From Legionellales bacterium (GTDB lineage Bacteria; Pseudomonadota; Gammaproteobacteria; Eutrophobiales; Eutrophobiaceae), in contig NZJM01000047.1 in assembly GCA_002692205.1 (NCBI GenBank), positions 1-62,781 on the forward strand: a stretch of DNA of 62,781 nt, given 5' to 3'. The position numbers were made by a program, and so were the translations under genes. Below, in pieces: positions 49,242 through 60,007 of this stretch. How positions within the stretch are numbered: the stretch's first letter is position 1; the number at the start of each line of letters is the position of its first letter. Below the pieces are notes generated by a model. It had not been told where the DNA came from and searched no databases. It saw only the letters and a program-made list of their open reading frames with translations.

Positions 49242-50264
49242 ATGAACAAAGTAAACATAATCATAATTCTTTTAATTTGTAGCCAATTTCTTAACACAGG
49301 AGAAGTTAATGCAGGAGAAGTTAATGTTTATTCTGCTAGAAAAGAAGCTTTAATTAAGCCTATATTAGATAAGTTCACAGAAGACACGGGCATAGAAGTC
49401 AACCTCATAACTGGCAAAGCAGATACGTTTATAAAAAGAATCGAAGTTGAAGGAAAAAATAGCCCCGCAGATCTTTTATTAACGGTTGATGCTGCTAGGT
49501 TAGTTAGAGCTAAAGATAAAGGACTATTTCAGGCCACCAATTCTAAAATTTTAAATAAAGCTATACCAGTTCATTTACGCGACATTGATAACCAATGGTA
49601 CGGGTTATCCCTTAGATCTAGAGTCATTGTTTATAATCCTAATAAAGTTAGAGCTAATGAATTAATTAATTATATCGATCTTGCAAGTAAAAAGTGGAAG
49701 AGTCGCATATGTGTGCGCTCATCATCTAATATTTATAATCAGTCACTTGTCGCATCAATAATTTCACATCATGGTATAGAACAAGCAGAAATATGGGCGT
49801 CAGGATTAGTTGGTAATTTTGCGAGAGCACCAAAAGGCGGTGACCGGGATCAAATAAAAGCAGTTGCAGTTGGAGTATGCGATGTTGCTATAGTTAATAA
49901 CTATTACCTAGCTGGTATGCTTGATTCTTCTCAGGAAAAGGAAATCACAGCCGCTAAAAAGGTAAAATTATTTTGGCCTGATCAGAGAGGAAATGGAGCA
50001 CATGTCAACATAAGCGGAGCTGGCGTATTAACGCATGCAAAAAATAAAGATGAGGCAATTCTATTATTAGAATACCTCGTTAGCGATAAAGCACAAAGGT
50101 GGTATTCAGATATAAATTATGAATACCCGGTTATAACTAACGTTTATGATCATTCTGTTTTAAAAGAATGGGGTATTTTTAAGATGGATAATTTAGCCCT
50201 AAGTTTATTAGGCAAATATAATACTGATGCTGTTAAACTAATGGATCGAATTGGTTGGAAATAA
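49242..50264 (+). CDS. Fe(3+) ABC transporter substrate-binding protein (FbpA/AfuA-like)
   Basis: Signal peptide, VNVYSARKEALIKPILDKF, family body. First gene of a binding protein / permease / ATPase operon. Confidence 0.85.
   Translation: MNKVNIIIILLICSQFLNTGEVNAGEVNVYSARKEALIKPILDKFTEDTGIEVNLITGKADTFIKRIEVEGKNSPADLLLTVDAARLVRAKDKGLFQATNSKILNKAIPVHLRDIDNQWYGLSLRSRVIVYNPNKVRANELINYIDLASKKWKSRICVRSSSNIYNQSLVASIISHHGIEQAEIWASGLVGNFARAPKGGDRDQIKAVAVGVCDVAIVNNYYLAGMLDSSQEKEITAAKKVKLFWPDQRGNGAHVNISGAGVLTHAKNKDEAILLLEYLVSDKAQRWYSDINYEYPVITNVYDHSVLKEWGIFKMDNLALSLLGKYNTDAVKLMDRIGWK
49299..49328 (+). repeat. 15-bp in-frame tandem duplication at the signal-peptide/mature junction
   Basis: GGAGAAGTTAATGCA followed by GGAGAAGTTAATGTT (13/15 identical), which gives GEVNAGEVNV in the protein. 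Confidence 0.8.
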
Positions 50265-50280
50265 TTATAAAGGGTTGAAA

Positions 50281-51972
50281 ATGATACTTAGTAACTTTTC
50301 ATATTATTTTCAAAAAAAATTAAACTTAAAGTATAGTAGCTTAAAAAAATCAGGTCCCAGTTTAGTATTAGTTTTAATTTCATTATTTTTTTGTATACCA
50401 GTATTCATAATCTCCGGTTCTTTGTTTCTGCCATTCGAGGGTGTTTGGGTACATTTAGTTGATACCGTTTTGACAGATTATATGTTGAATTCCTTTCTTC
50501 TATTGATCGGTGTTGGTTTTTTTAGTTTATTATTGAGCGTGATTCCTGCTTGGTTAGTGACGATGTATAAATTTCCAGCTAGCAATTGGCTGCAATGGGC
50601 AATTCTGTTACCTATGGCAATGCCTGCATACATTATTGCTTACAGTTATACGGGTGCATTAGATGCTGCTGGGCCAGTTCAGGCAACAATAAGAGATTTA
50701 ACAGGACTGGGATATAGCGAATATTGGTTCCCCGAAATTCGCTCTCTTGGGGGCGCAATAACGATGTTATCACTTGTTCTATATCCTTATATTTATTTAT
50801 TAGCACGCGCTACATTTGCAGAACAATCAGTGTGTGTGCTGGAAGTGTCACGCACTCTTGGTTGCAATACGATGAGTGCATTTAGGCGAGTAGCATTACC
50901 TCTTGCAAGGCCGGCAATCATAGTTGGACTTTCCTTGGTCTTGATGGAAACTTTAGCGGATTATGGAACTGTCCAGTACTTTGGTGTATCGGCTTTTACA
51001 ACTGGGATATTCAAAACATGGTTCGGGATGGATAGTAGTTTAGCCGCAGCACAATTATCCGCGTTACTGTTATTATTTGTTTTTGTATTTTTATTTCTTG
51101 AAAGACGCTCCCGTAAACTATTAGCTTTTCATCACACAAGCAATCGATATAGCCCATTATTAAAGCAAGAACTAAGAGGTATAAGAGCTTTTTTTGCTTT
51201 TTTCGTATGCTTTACCCCATTGTTGTTTGGCTTTATTATTCCGATTGGTTTTTTAGTTGGTCATGCGATTGAGATATATTCTGGAACTATTGATTATAGT
51301 TTTATTAGATTGCTATCGAATAGCATTTTGCTTGCTCTGATAACTTCTTTTCTGGCTTTATTTGTTGCTTTATTTTTAGGTTATATCAATAGAAATAATT
51401 TTTCGTTTATAAATAAATTCCTTATTCGTTTTATCAGTTTAGGATATGCTGTTCCTGGTACAGTAATCGCTATAGGAGTTTTAATTCCTTTTGCATGGTT
51501 TGACAATAGATTAGATAATTTTTTATTAGCAAATTTTAATGTAAGTTCTGGGTTATTAATTAGCGGCACATTGTTTATTTTAATTTTTGCATATCTTGTA
51601 CGTTTTATAACAATTCCAATTAACACAGTTGAGGCGGCATTAGAAAAAATAAAACCGGGAATAGATGAAGTTGCAAAAACAAATGGTATGTCACATTTTA
51701 ATATCATGAGAAAAATACATATGCCGATCATGAAGGGAAGCTTGCTAACATGTTCATTGTTAGTCTTTGTGGATGTATTAAAAGAACTTCCCGCCACACT
51801 AATTCTTCGACCATTTAATTTTAATACTTTAGCTGTACGTACTTTTGAATTAGCTAATGAGGAGCGATTGGCAGATGCTGCAGTACCCGCCCTAGCGATT
51901 GTTGTCGCAGGGATTATCCCAGTTATTATGATCAGTAACTCAATCTCACGGTCACGTCCAGGTTATGAATAA
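50281..51972 (+). CDS. Fe(3+) ABC transporter permease (FbpB-like, duplicated 6-TM module)
   Basis: About 12 TM. ATG at 50281 preceded by AAGGG. The track start at 50251 is a TTG inside the upstream gene's end. Confidence 0.85.
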   Translation: MILSNFSYYFQKKLNLKYSSLKKSGPSLVLVLISLFFCIPVFIISGSLFLPFEGVWVHLVDTVLTDYMLNSFLLLIGVGFFSLLLSVIPAWLVTMYKFPASNWLQWAILLPMAMPAYIIAYSYTGALDAAGPVQATIRDLTGLGYSEYWFPEIRSLGGAITMLSLVLYPYIYLLARATFAEQSVCVLEVSRTLGCNTMSAFRRVALPLARPAIIVGLSLVLMETLADYGTVQYFGVSAFTTGIFKTWFGMDSSLAAAQLSALLLLFVFVFLFLERRSRKLLAFHHTSNRYSPLLKQELRGIRAFFAFFVCFTPLLFGFIIPIGFLVGHAIEIYSGTIDYSFIRLLSNSILLALITSFLALFVALFLGYINRNNFSFINKFLIRFISLGYAVPGTVIAIGVLIPFAWFDNRLDNFLLANFNVSSGLLISGTLFILIFAYLVRFITIPINTVEAALEKIKPGIDEVAKTNGMSHFNIMRKIHMPIMKGSLLTCSLLVFVDVLKELPATLILRPFNFNTLAVRTFELANEERLADAAVPALAIVVAGIIPVIMISNSISRSRPGYE

Positions 51973-53017
51973 TTCAATAGAAATTAAAGAGCTATCATTA
52001 TCAATAGAAGGCCGCTCAATACTTGAAAATATCTCTTTTGGTTTGGGTGAAATAGAGATTGCATGTTTACTCGGGCCGAGCGGGTGTGGGAAAACATCAT
52101 TACTACGTTGTATTGCTGGTTTTGAGAAACTGAACCACGGGGAAGTCTCAATCAAAGGCGTTATTATGAATAATCCAAATCATTACATACCAGTTGAACA
52201 AAGAAATATAGGAATGGTTTTTCAAGACTACGTTTTGTTTCCACACATGGATGTTAGAAAAAATATAACGTTTGGTATAGCTGATCTAAAGCCTTTTAGA
52301 ATTAAAGAACGTTTAGATGAATTAATAGAATTATTTGGTTTAGAAGCACATGCAGACAAGTATCCTCATCAATTATCTGGAGGGCAACAACAACGGGTTG
52401 CATTGGCAAGAGCAATGGCACCTAGACCAAGGGTTTTATTGTTGGATGAGCCATTTGCAAGCTTAGATATAGAGTTACGTGAATCATTAGCTCGCGAGCT
52501 ACGCTCTATTTTAAAACAGGATAGTGTTGCGACAATTATGGTTACGCATAACCAATTGGAGGCATTTGCCATGGCCGATATAATAGGTGTTATGGCAAAT
52601 GGAAAACTAATGCAGTGGGATACCCCATTCGATTTGTATCACGAACCAAAAACATTAGATGTTGCTAATTTTATTGGAGAGGGTACTTTTGTCAAAGGCG
52701 AAATTATTAACCAAACTGATGTAAAAACTGATATTGGTAACATAAAAGGTCATATTCCTCACAATTATGATTCAGGAGAAAAAGTTCAAGTTCTAATTCG
52801 TCCAGATGATATTTTACATGATGATGACAGTAAACTTACTGCGCTTGTAAAAGAAAAAGAATTTAGAGGTCCCCAATTCTTATATACCTTAGAGATGAAA
52901 AATGGTTTATTTTTACAAAGTCTTGTACCAAGTCACCATGATCATGCTATAAATGAGCCAATAGGAATTAAAATGGCAATCGATCATCTGGTTGTATTTC
53001 CGGATATTGGCGAATGA
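51965..53017 (+). CDS. Fe(3+) ABC transporter ATP-binding protein (FbpC-like)
   Basis: GPSGCGKTS, LSGGQQQRVALARA, LLLDEPFASLD, plus a C-terminal TOBE-like extension. Confidence 0.9.
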   Translation: MNNSIEIKELSLSIEGRSILENISFGLGEIEIACLLGPSGCGKTSLLRCIAGFEKLNHGEVSIKGVIMNNPNHYIPVEQRNIGMVFQDYVLFPHMDVRKNITFGIADLKPFRIKERLDELIELFGLEAHADKYPHQLSGGQQQRVALARAMAPRPRVLLLDEPFASLDIELRESLARELRSILKQDSVATIMVTHNQLEAFAMADIIGVMANGKLMQWDTPFDLYHEPKTLDVANFIGEGTFVKGEIINQTDVKTDIGNIKGHIPHNYDSGEKVQVLIRPDDILHDDDSKLTALVKEKEFRGPQFLYTLEMKNGLFLQSLVPSHHDHAINEPIGIKMAIDHLVVFPDIGE

Positions 53018-53076
53018 AGATTAAGAATTTTTTTATTTTATATTTTTATTTCATGGGATAATGAAGAAATAATAAA

Positions 53077-53466
53077 GTGGACGACATTCCAAGCAATTTA
53101 AAATACACAAAAAATCATGTGTGGATAGAAGATATCGGTGGAAATATTTTTCGAATCGGTATTACTGATTTCGCACAAGATGAGCTTGGTGATATTGTAT
53201 TTTTCGAGCCACCAGAAAAAGATCGAGAATATTCGCAGTCAGATGATTGTGCTGTTGTTGAGTCAGTGAAATCAACTTCTGATATTTATTGTCCGTTAAC
53301 CGGGATTATTGTCGAGATAAATTCTCAACTTGAAGATAGGCCCGAATTAATTAATTCTGAACCATATAGTGATGGTTGGTTATTTACTTTAAAAGCAAAT
53401 GATAATCTGGAATTAGATGAATTGATTGATGCAGATAGTTATTATAATTTTATTAAAGAGGATTAA
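53077..53466 (+). CDS. gcvH: Glycine cleavage system H-like lipoyl carrier protein
   Basis: Lipoyl-lysine motif VESVKSTSDIYCP. GTG start. No gcvT/gcvP nearby. Confidence 0.88.
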   Translation: MDDIPSNLKYTKNHVWIEDIGGNIFRIGITDFAQDELGDIVFFEPPEKDREYSQSDDCAVVESVKSTSDIYCPLTGIIVEINSQLEDRPELINSEPYSDGWLFTLKANDNLELDELIDADSYYNFIKED

Positions 53467-53966
53467 TGATGACAACTATAACTTTACAAGGCAATGAAAT
53501 TAATACCAATGCTGACATTCCAGTTGCCGGAAGCAATGCTCCAGATTTTGTTCTGGTTAATTCAGAAATGAAGGATATTTCTCTTTCACATTATAAGGGA
53601 AAAAAGAAATTGCTAAGCATAGTCCCAAGTTTAGATACCCCCGTGTGCGCCTTATCAACAATAGAATTTAATAAATCAGCTATAGAGAAAACCGATGTAA
53701 CATTTATGATAATTTCTGCTGACCTTCCTTTTGCAATGTCACGTTTTTGTAAGTCAGAAAGTCTAGAAAATGTAATTACATTATCTATGATGCGTTCTAG
53801 AAATTTTGCTAAGGATTACGGTGTCCTCATTACAGATGGGCCTCTGGCAGGAATTACAGCTCGTGCAGTTTTAGTGCTTGACGAAAATAACGATGTTCTA
53901 TACTCAGAACTTGTTTCTGAAATTGCCAATGAACCTGATTATGCAGCAGCTTTAAAATTTTTATAA
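53466..53966 (+). CDS. tpx: Thiol peroxidase
   Basis: Peroxidatic Cys in SLDTPVCA and resolving Cys in FAMSRFCK. Confidence 0.92.
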   Translation: MMTTITLQGNEINTNADIPVAGSNAPDFVLVNSEMKDISLSHYKGKKKLLSIVPSLDTPVCALSTIEFNKSAIEKTDVTFMIISADLPFAMSRFCKSESLENVITLSMMRSRNFAKDYGVLITDGPLAGITARAVLVLDENNDVLYSELVSEIANEPDYAAALKFL

Positions 53967-53970
53967 AATT

Positions 53971-54711
53971 TTAACTACAGACTGGACAATCGGGATCTTT
54001 AATTAATTTAGTTTCGCGAATTTCCATATTTAATGCATCGATCAAAAGAAGTTTTCCTTGAATAGTTTGACCAATATTCAATATTACTTTGATTGTTTCG
54101 CAAGATTGAATACTGCCAATAATGCCTAGTAGCGGGGAGAAGATACCGTTAGCACTACAAGTTTCATCTATTGAAATTTCATCATCGTATAGACATCTAT
54201 AACATGGAGAATTATTATTTGATGGATTAAATACAGTAACTTGACCTTCAAAACGAATTGCAGCTCCTGAAATTAGCGGTGTATTTGTTTTTACTGACGC
54301 ATTATTAAGAGAAAATCTCGTAGCAAAGTTGTCACTTGCATCTATTATAATATCAGCTTTCCTGGCCTCATTTATCAATTCATCTCCATCTAATTTTTCA
54401 TTAATACAACTAATATGTATTTCAGGATTTATTGCAACTAAATGTTCTTTAGCAGCATCAATTTTAAGACAGTTAATATCTTTTGTACCATATAATATTT
54501 GTCTCTGTAGATTACTAAGTTCAACTTTATCAAAATCGACTAGAATTAGTTCGCCAATACCAGCAGCCGCAAGATATATTGAGATTGGCGATCCCAGCCC
54601 TCCTAGCCCAACAAGTAAGACTCTAGAATTTCGTAAACATTCTTGCCCAGCAATATCTATTTGAGGCAACATAATTTGTTTGCTATATCTTAAAAGCTGG
54701 TCATTATTCAT
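53971..54711 (-). CDS. HesA/MoeB/ThiF family adenylyltransferase
   Basis: LVGLGGLGSP nucleotide loop, with CxxC pairs (CYRC and CPVC). MoeB versus ThiF is not decidable by eye. Confidence 0.85.
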   Translation of the reverse strand: MNNDQLLRYSKQIMLPQIDIAGQECLRNSRVLLVGLGGLGSPISIYLAAAGIGELILVDFDKVELSNLQRQILYGTKDINCLKIDAAKEHLVAINPEIHISCINEKLDGDELINEARKADIIIDASDNFATRFSLNNASVKTNTPLISGAAIRFEGQVTVFNPSNNNSPCYRCLYDDEISIDETCSANGIFSPLLGIIGSIQSCETIKVILNIGQTIQGKLLLIDALNMEIRETKLIKDPDCPVCS

Positions 54712-54716
54712 TTCTT

Positions 54717-55547
54717 TTATCGTAATTTTCCATAAGTAAGTCTATCTAATTGATTGTAATCCTTTAACGTGCTAGCTGTGAATCCATTTGTATTAAATAA
54801 TTCTCTAACACTTAAACCTTGATTATAGCCATGCTCTACTATTAGCCAACCACCATTTTTTATATAATGCTGTGAATGTGAGATTATTTTACGTAAATCA
54901 TTATATCCATCCACTCCAGAAGATAATGCGATTGTGGGTTCAAACTTAATATCAGTATTTATTAAACATGGGTCATCAGCTTTAATATATGGTGGATTAG
55001 TTACAATCAAGTCATATTTTTTTTTATTTATATTTTTGAACCAGTCCGATTTAATGAAGACTATATTCTCAATTTTATGATCAATAGCATTCCTGGCTGC
55101 GACATTAATAACATTCTCATGAATGTCAGTTGCATCGATATGTGTCGTAATATTTTCAGAGGCAATGGCGATTGCAATTGCTCCGGAACCCGTTCCTAAT
55201 TCAAGAATTTTTTTAAGCGAATAAAGCTTTATTAGCTTATTTGATATCTCAACTAATAGCTCTGTTTCAGGCCTTGGTACCAGCGTATTCTGATCCACAA
55301 ATAGCTTTTTAGACCAGAATTCTTTCTCATTTGTAATATAGGCTATTGGATAACCTGTAGCTCTTTTTTTTACAAGAGTTTTAAATTTTACTTTCTCAAA
55401 GATAGATAACTTTTCTTGTGGATATGCATATAACTTTGTACGTTTACAGTTAAGTACAAAGCAAAGTAATATCTCTGAATCAATTTTCTTGTTGTCTGAT
55501 AATTCTAGCTTTTTAATAGAATAATCAATTGCATCTTTAATTTGCAT
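54717..55547 (-). CDS. prmC: Release factor glutamine methyltransferase
   Basis: ELGTGSGAI and NPPY. Downstream of prfA. Confidence 0.93.
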   Translation of the reverse strand: MQIKDAIDYSIKKLELSDNKKIDSEILLCFVLNCKRTKLYAYPQEKLSIFEKVKFKTLVKKRATGYPIAYITNEKEFWSKKLFVDQNTLVPRPETELLVEISNKLIKLYSLKKILELGTGSGAIAIAIASENITTHIDATDIHENVINVAARNAIDHKIENIVFIKSDWFKNINKKKYDLIVTNPPYIKADDPCLINTDIKFEPTIALSSGVDGYNDLRKIISHSQHYIKNGGWLIVEHGYNQGLSVRELFNTNGFTASTLKDYNQLDRLTYGKLR

Positions 55548-55555
55548 ATCATTTT

Positions 55556-56638
55556 TTATTCACTCAATGATGCAAGAAGATCCGCTTGGTATTCATTCAC
55601 CAACGGATCAATAATTACATCAATACATCCTTCCATGAAATCATCTAATTTATATAATGTTAAGTTTATTCTATGATCAGTTACACGACCTTGCGGAAAA
55701 TTATATGTTCGTATACGTTCCGATCTATCTCCACTTCCAACAAGACTACGTCTATTTTCTGCTTCTTCTGTTTGTTGCAATTCTTGTTCTGCATTTAATA
55801 ATCTTGCCTGTAACAATGACATTGCTCTCGCTTTATTTTTGTGTTGAGATCTTTCATCTTGACATTCGACAACAGTATTTGTTGGTATATGGGTTATTCT
55901 AATTGCAGAATCTGTTTTATTTACATGTTGTCCGCCGGCTCCAGATGCGCGAAAAGTATCAATTCTGAGATCAGCTGTATTTATATCTACTTCATTTACT
56001 AGTTCAACCTCAGGAAGAACTGCAACAGTACATGCCGAGGTGTGAATACGACCTTGTGATTCTGTCTCTGGAACACGCTGGACACGATGCGCACCAGATT
56101 CAAATTTTAATCTTGAATAAGCTCCATCACCAATAATACGCATTATGACCTCTTTATAACCCTCTAAATCACTTTCTGATACACTGATATATTCAATCTT
56201 CCATTTTTTAATCTCCGCATAACGCGAGTACATTCTCATCAGGTCACCAGCAAAAAGTGCTGCTTCCTCACCTCCTGTACCAGCACGTATTTCAAGGAAT
56301 AAATTACTTTTATCATTAGGATCTTTAGGTAGTAATAGAAATTGTAGCTCATTTTCAAGATGCTTGGCTTCAAGTTCAAGTTTTTTTAATTCTTCAGCTG
56401 CTAGTTTTTGAATTTCTTTATCACTTTCCTTTAGTATTTCATTGGAGTTTTTAACTTGTTTTGTAATTTCGGTGTATTTATTGAAGCAAATCACGATTGG
56501 CTTTATTTCTGAGTATTCTTGAGATAATTCTCGAAATTTATTTTGGTTATTAATAATTTCTGGATCGGCAAGAAGACCCTCTAACTCATCTTGACGCTCA
56601 AGTAATTTTTCAAGTTTTAGATGTAGGGATTCTTTCAT
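55556..56638 (-). CDS. prfA: Peptide chain release factor 1
   Basis: GGQ motif [14 protein letters not shown], with recognition loop [13 protein letters not shown]. Confidence 0.96.
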   Translation of the reverse strand: MKESLHLKLEKLLERQDELEGLLADPEIINNQNKFRELSQEYSEIKPIVICFNKYTEITKQVKNSNEILKESDKEIQKLAAEELKKLELEAKHLENELQFLLLPKDPNDKSNLFLEIRAGTGGEEAALFAGDLMRMYSRYAEIKKWKIEYISVSESDLEGYKEVIMRIIGDGAYSRLKFESGAHRVQRVPETESQGRIHTSACTVAVLPEVELVNEVDINTADLRIDTFRASGAGGQHVNKTDSAIRITHIPTNTVVECQDERSQHKNKARAMSLLQARLLNAEQELQQTEEAENRRSLVGSGDRSERIRTYNFPQGRVTDHRINLTLYKLDDFMEGCIDVIIDPLVNEYQADLLASLSE

Positions 56639-56693
56639 TTTTTTAAAAGGAAACCGTCTGAGTTTAACTTATACTATCTTTTGTAATTATATA

Positions 56694-57962
56694 TTAATTA
56701 TTTTTTTTATTATCTTTTAAACTGAAGAGTTCTTCGGCTGCTCTTAGTAAGTCATCTCTGTCTTTAGCAGTTGCATTTTTTAACTTAAAGCTCGGCTCAT
56801 GAATCAATTTGTTAGTTAATGTATGAATTGCCTCTATGAGAATTGCCTCAGGGATTTCACCTTTTCTAATTCTCGATAGTGCCTTATGTAAAACTTCATC
56901 TTGTATTCTCTCAGCTTGCCCACGCAGAGCTCTTATAGTAGAAACTGCTTCAAGCGAGTCAACCCAGGTCATAAATTCATGTGCTTGAAAATCAATTATT
57001 TGCTCAGCTTGCTTAGCTGCATATTGACGATTTTTCAGATTTACTTGAACAATGTCTTTTAAATCGTCAACAGTATAAAGATAGACATCATCTAGGTCGC
57101 CAACACCATCCTCGATATCACGAGGCACTGCAATATCAACCATAAATATTGGTTTATGCTTTCGACTTTCTATTGCATTTTCAATAGCTCCCTTACCTAT
57201 AATCGGCAATGAACTAGCTGTACAAGAAATAATAATATCTGTTTCGGCAAGATGTTTTACTATGTCTCCAATATGTATAGTTAAAAGAGAATATTCTTTT
57301 GCTAATTGCTGGGATCTCTCAATAGTTCTATTCGCAATTATCATTCTTTTTAAACCATTTTCATGAAAATGCTTGATGACTAATTCAATAGTTTCACCAG
57401 CACCTATTAGTAATACAGTTTTATTTTCTAAGTTACCAAAAATTTGTTGAGCTAATCTTACAGCTGCATAAGCAACCGAAACAGGATGATCACCAATAGC
57501 CGTGTTACTTCTTATTTCTTTCGCAACATGAAATGAATGTTGAAATAGACGGTTTAGTTGATGACCAATACAACCAGCACTAATTGCTTCCTGATAGGCA
57601 TTTTTTAATTGACCCAGAACTTGAGTTTCACCGAGAATCATCGAGTCAAGACCGCTCGCAACCCGCAGCACATGCTTAACCGCATTCTCATCTGGATGTT
57701 TATATAAAAAAGGCTTTAGCAAACCTTTTTCCATTCCATGAAAATTATGAAGCCAATCAATCGGGTTGCGGTTTTCGCTTTCGTCTATATTGCAGTAAAT
57801 TTCAGTACGGTTACAGGTAGACAGAATTGCTGCTTCATAAACGCCATTTTGATTTTTCAGTTCATTCAGTGCATCAGGTATAATTTCTGTTCCAAAACAT
57901 ACCTTTTCCCTAATATCAACTGGTGCTGTTGAGTGATTAATTCCGTAAGCAATAAGAGTCAT
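56694..57962 (-). CDS. hemA: Glutamyl-tRNA reductase
   Basis: LSTCNRTEIY (catalytic Cys), LIGAGETIE. Confidence 0.95.
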   Translation of the reverse strand: MTLIAYGINHSTAPVDIREKVCFGTEIIPDALNELKNQNGVYEAAILSTCNRTEIYCNIDESENRNPIDWLHNFHGMEKGLLKPFLYKHPDENAVKHVLRVASGLDSMILGETQVLGQLKNAYQEAISAGCIGHQLNRLFQHSFHVAKEIRSNTAIGDHPVSVAYAAVRLAQQIFGNLENKTVLLIGAGETIELVIKHFHENGLKRMIIANRTIERSQQLAKEYSLLTIHIGDIVKHLAETDIIISCTASSLPIIGKGAIENAIESRKHKPIFMVDIAVPRDIEDGVGDLDDVYLYTVDDLKDIVQVNLKNRQYAAKQAEQIIDFQAHEFMTWVDSLEAVSTIRALRGQAERIQDEVLHKALSRIRKGEIPEAILIEAIHTLTNKLIHEPSFKLKNATAKDRDDLLRAAEELFSLKDNKKNN

Positions 57963-58234
57963 ATTTTTTTAGTGATGTAATCCATATGGAAAATTTTGCG
58001 TCATGAGTTGAGTTTATACAAGAAAAATTAGGCAATGTATTGATATAAAGCAATTTTAGCAAAAATAAGCGATTTATCTAGATAATGAACAAATTTGGAA
58101 TTATGTAATCCTAGTACTATAGTCTACATACTTATTTACCATAGATGCATTGCATTTAGCCACACTTGGTATTATTTTTGACTACAATCAGAGAAAATGA
58201 GTAACCACTGCCTATTAAAAGAAAGAAAATAGCT

Positions 58235-60007
58235 ATGATAAGAACATGTCAATTTTCCCGCATGCTAGCGACTATAACTATAGTTTTGGCGCTTGGTGGT
58301 TGTAACACAACTAAACTAAGTACTTCAGATGGTTTGAATCATGTGTCTCAAGAACACCCAATATCACAAACGAAGAATAGCAATAAGAATGAAGAAGAAT
58401 CTGTCCAAAAAGGGGCAAAATCTGAATTAACCAGCGATATTCTTTATAAAGTTCTAGTTGCCGAGATAGCGGGTCATCGTGGCAAAATTGACACCATGCT
58501 TGATTATTATATGAATTTAGCGAGAGAAACTCGTGATCTATCTGTAATTGAGCGAGCCACAAGAATTTCTGTTTATAAACGTAATAATTTGGCAAGTATA
58601 GAAGCAGCTGGTTTATGGATCGATATCGAGCCTGACAACCCAGATCCACACCAAGTAATGACAGTCATGCGTATAAGACAGGATGATTTTGATGCAGCAC
58701 TTCATCATCTCAACTTAGTTTTAGAATCAACCGAAGGTGATGTTGATCAAAAATTATGGATGGTAGCTAACTTTCTAGGCGATGAAGAAGACAAGTCAAT
58801 GGTTATAAGATTAATGGATACGATAATGAGCGAATATATGGACGATATGGACGCTCTTTATGCTTATGCACATGTTTCATCGCTTATTGGAGATGATGAA
58901 CGAGCTAAAGTTTTATTAGAAAAGATACTAAATTTAAAACCAGATAACGAGACTGCGGCGATCGCGTATATAGGGTTACTAAAAAAACATGGAAAAATAA
59001 AAGAAGCTCTAGCTTGGCTTGAATCAGTTTTGGCAAATAAAGAAGATAATTTTAATTTGCGTATGGCATATGCAAGATTATTGACAGATGAAAAAGATTT
59101 TAATAAAGCAAGAGAGCAATTTGAAATCCTCTACATACAGACACCAGATAATTCAGATTTACTTTATGCCCTCGGTTTATTGTCCTTGCAAGAGGATAAC
59201 CCTGATGATTCTAAAAAATATTTTACCAGGCTAATCGAACTAAAAAAGCATATTTTTGATGCTAATTATTATTTAGGACGTATAGCAGAAGAAAAAAATG
59301 ATTTAAAAAAAGCAAATGAGTTTTATAAGGCTGTCCATGGAGGTAAAAATTATTTTGATGCTTTTATCCGTGTAAGTTTTATTCATGCAAAACTTGGCGA
59401 AGTCGAAAAGGCACTTATACATATTCGTTCTATAGAGAAACCAAAAGATGATAATCGCATTATATTAATACAGGCAGAAAGCGAAATACTTATGGAACAA
59501 AAACGTTACCAAGAGGCTTTTGAAGTTTTTAATAAAGCTATAGATAAAAAAAGTCACCCCGATCTTTTATATTCTAGAGCGATGATTGCTGAAAAAATTG
59601 ATCGATTCGACATATTAGAAGCAGATTTGATGCAAATTATTGAAGATGATCCAAACAATGCTACAGCACTAAATGCGCTTGGCTATACACTTGCTGATAG
59701 AAGCGAACGTTTAGAGGAGGCATATAATTATATTCAACGTGCATATAAACTAAGTCCTAATGACTTCTATATATTAGATAGCATGGGCTGGGTTCTATAT
59801 AGACTAGGGCGCTTCGATGAGGCCATTAGCTTTTTACAGCAGGCACTTGATTTAAGAAATGATCCAGAAGTAGCAGCTCATCTTGGTGAGGTTCATTGGG
59901 TGATGGGAGATAAAAAAGCCGCTGAGGCCGTATGGAGTACAGCTTTAAAAAATACACCAGAAGACGATAGATTATTAAAAATTATTGAACGTTTACGCCT
60001 TGAATAA
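58235..60007 (+). CDS. TPR-repeat lipoprotein
   Basis: Lipobox LALGGC and multiple TPR repeats. It has the conserved position upstream of lolB. Confidence 0.75.
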   Translation: MIRTCQFSRMLATITIVLALGGCNTTKLSTSDGLNHVSQEHPISQTKNSNKNEEESVQKGAKSELTSDILYKVLVAEIAGHRGKIDTMLDYYMNLARETRDLSVIERATRISVYKRNNLASIEAAGLWIDIEPDNPDPHQVMTVMRIRQDDFDAALHHLNLVLESTEGDVDQKLWMVANFLGDEEDKSMVIRLMDTIMSEYMDDMDALYAYAHVSSLIGDDERAKVLLEKILNLKPDNETAAIAYIGLLKKHGKIKEALAWLESVLANKEDNFNLRMAYARLLTDEKDFNKAREQFEILYIQTPDNSDLLYALGLLSLQEDNPDDSKKYFTRLIELKKHIFDANYYLGRIAEEKNDLKKANEFYKAVHGGKNYFDAFIRVSFIHAKLGEVEKALIHIRSIEKPKDDNRIILIQAESEILMEQKRYQEAFEVFNKAIDKKSHPDLLYSRAMIAEKIDRFDILEADLMQIIEDDPNNATALNALGYTLADRSERLEEAYNYIQRAYKLSPNDFYILDSMGWVLYRLGRFDEAISFLQQALDLRNDPEVAAHLGEVHWVMGDKKAAEAVWSTALKNTPEDDRLLKIIERLRLE

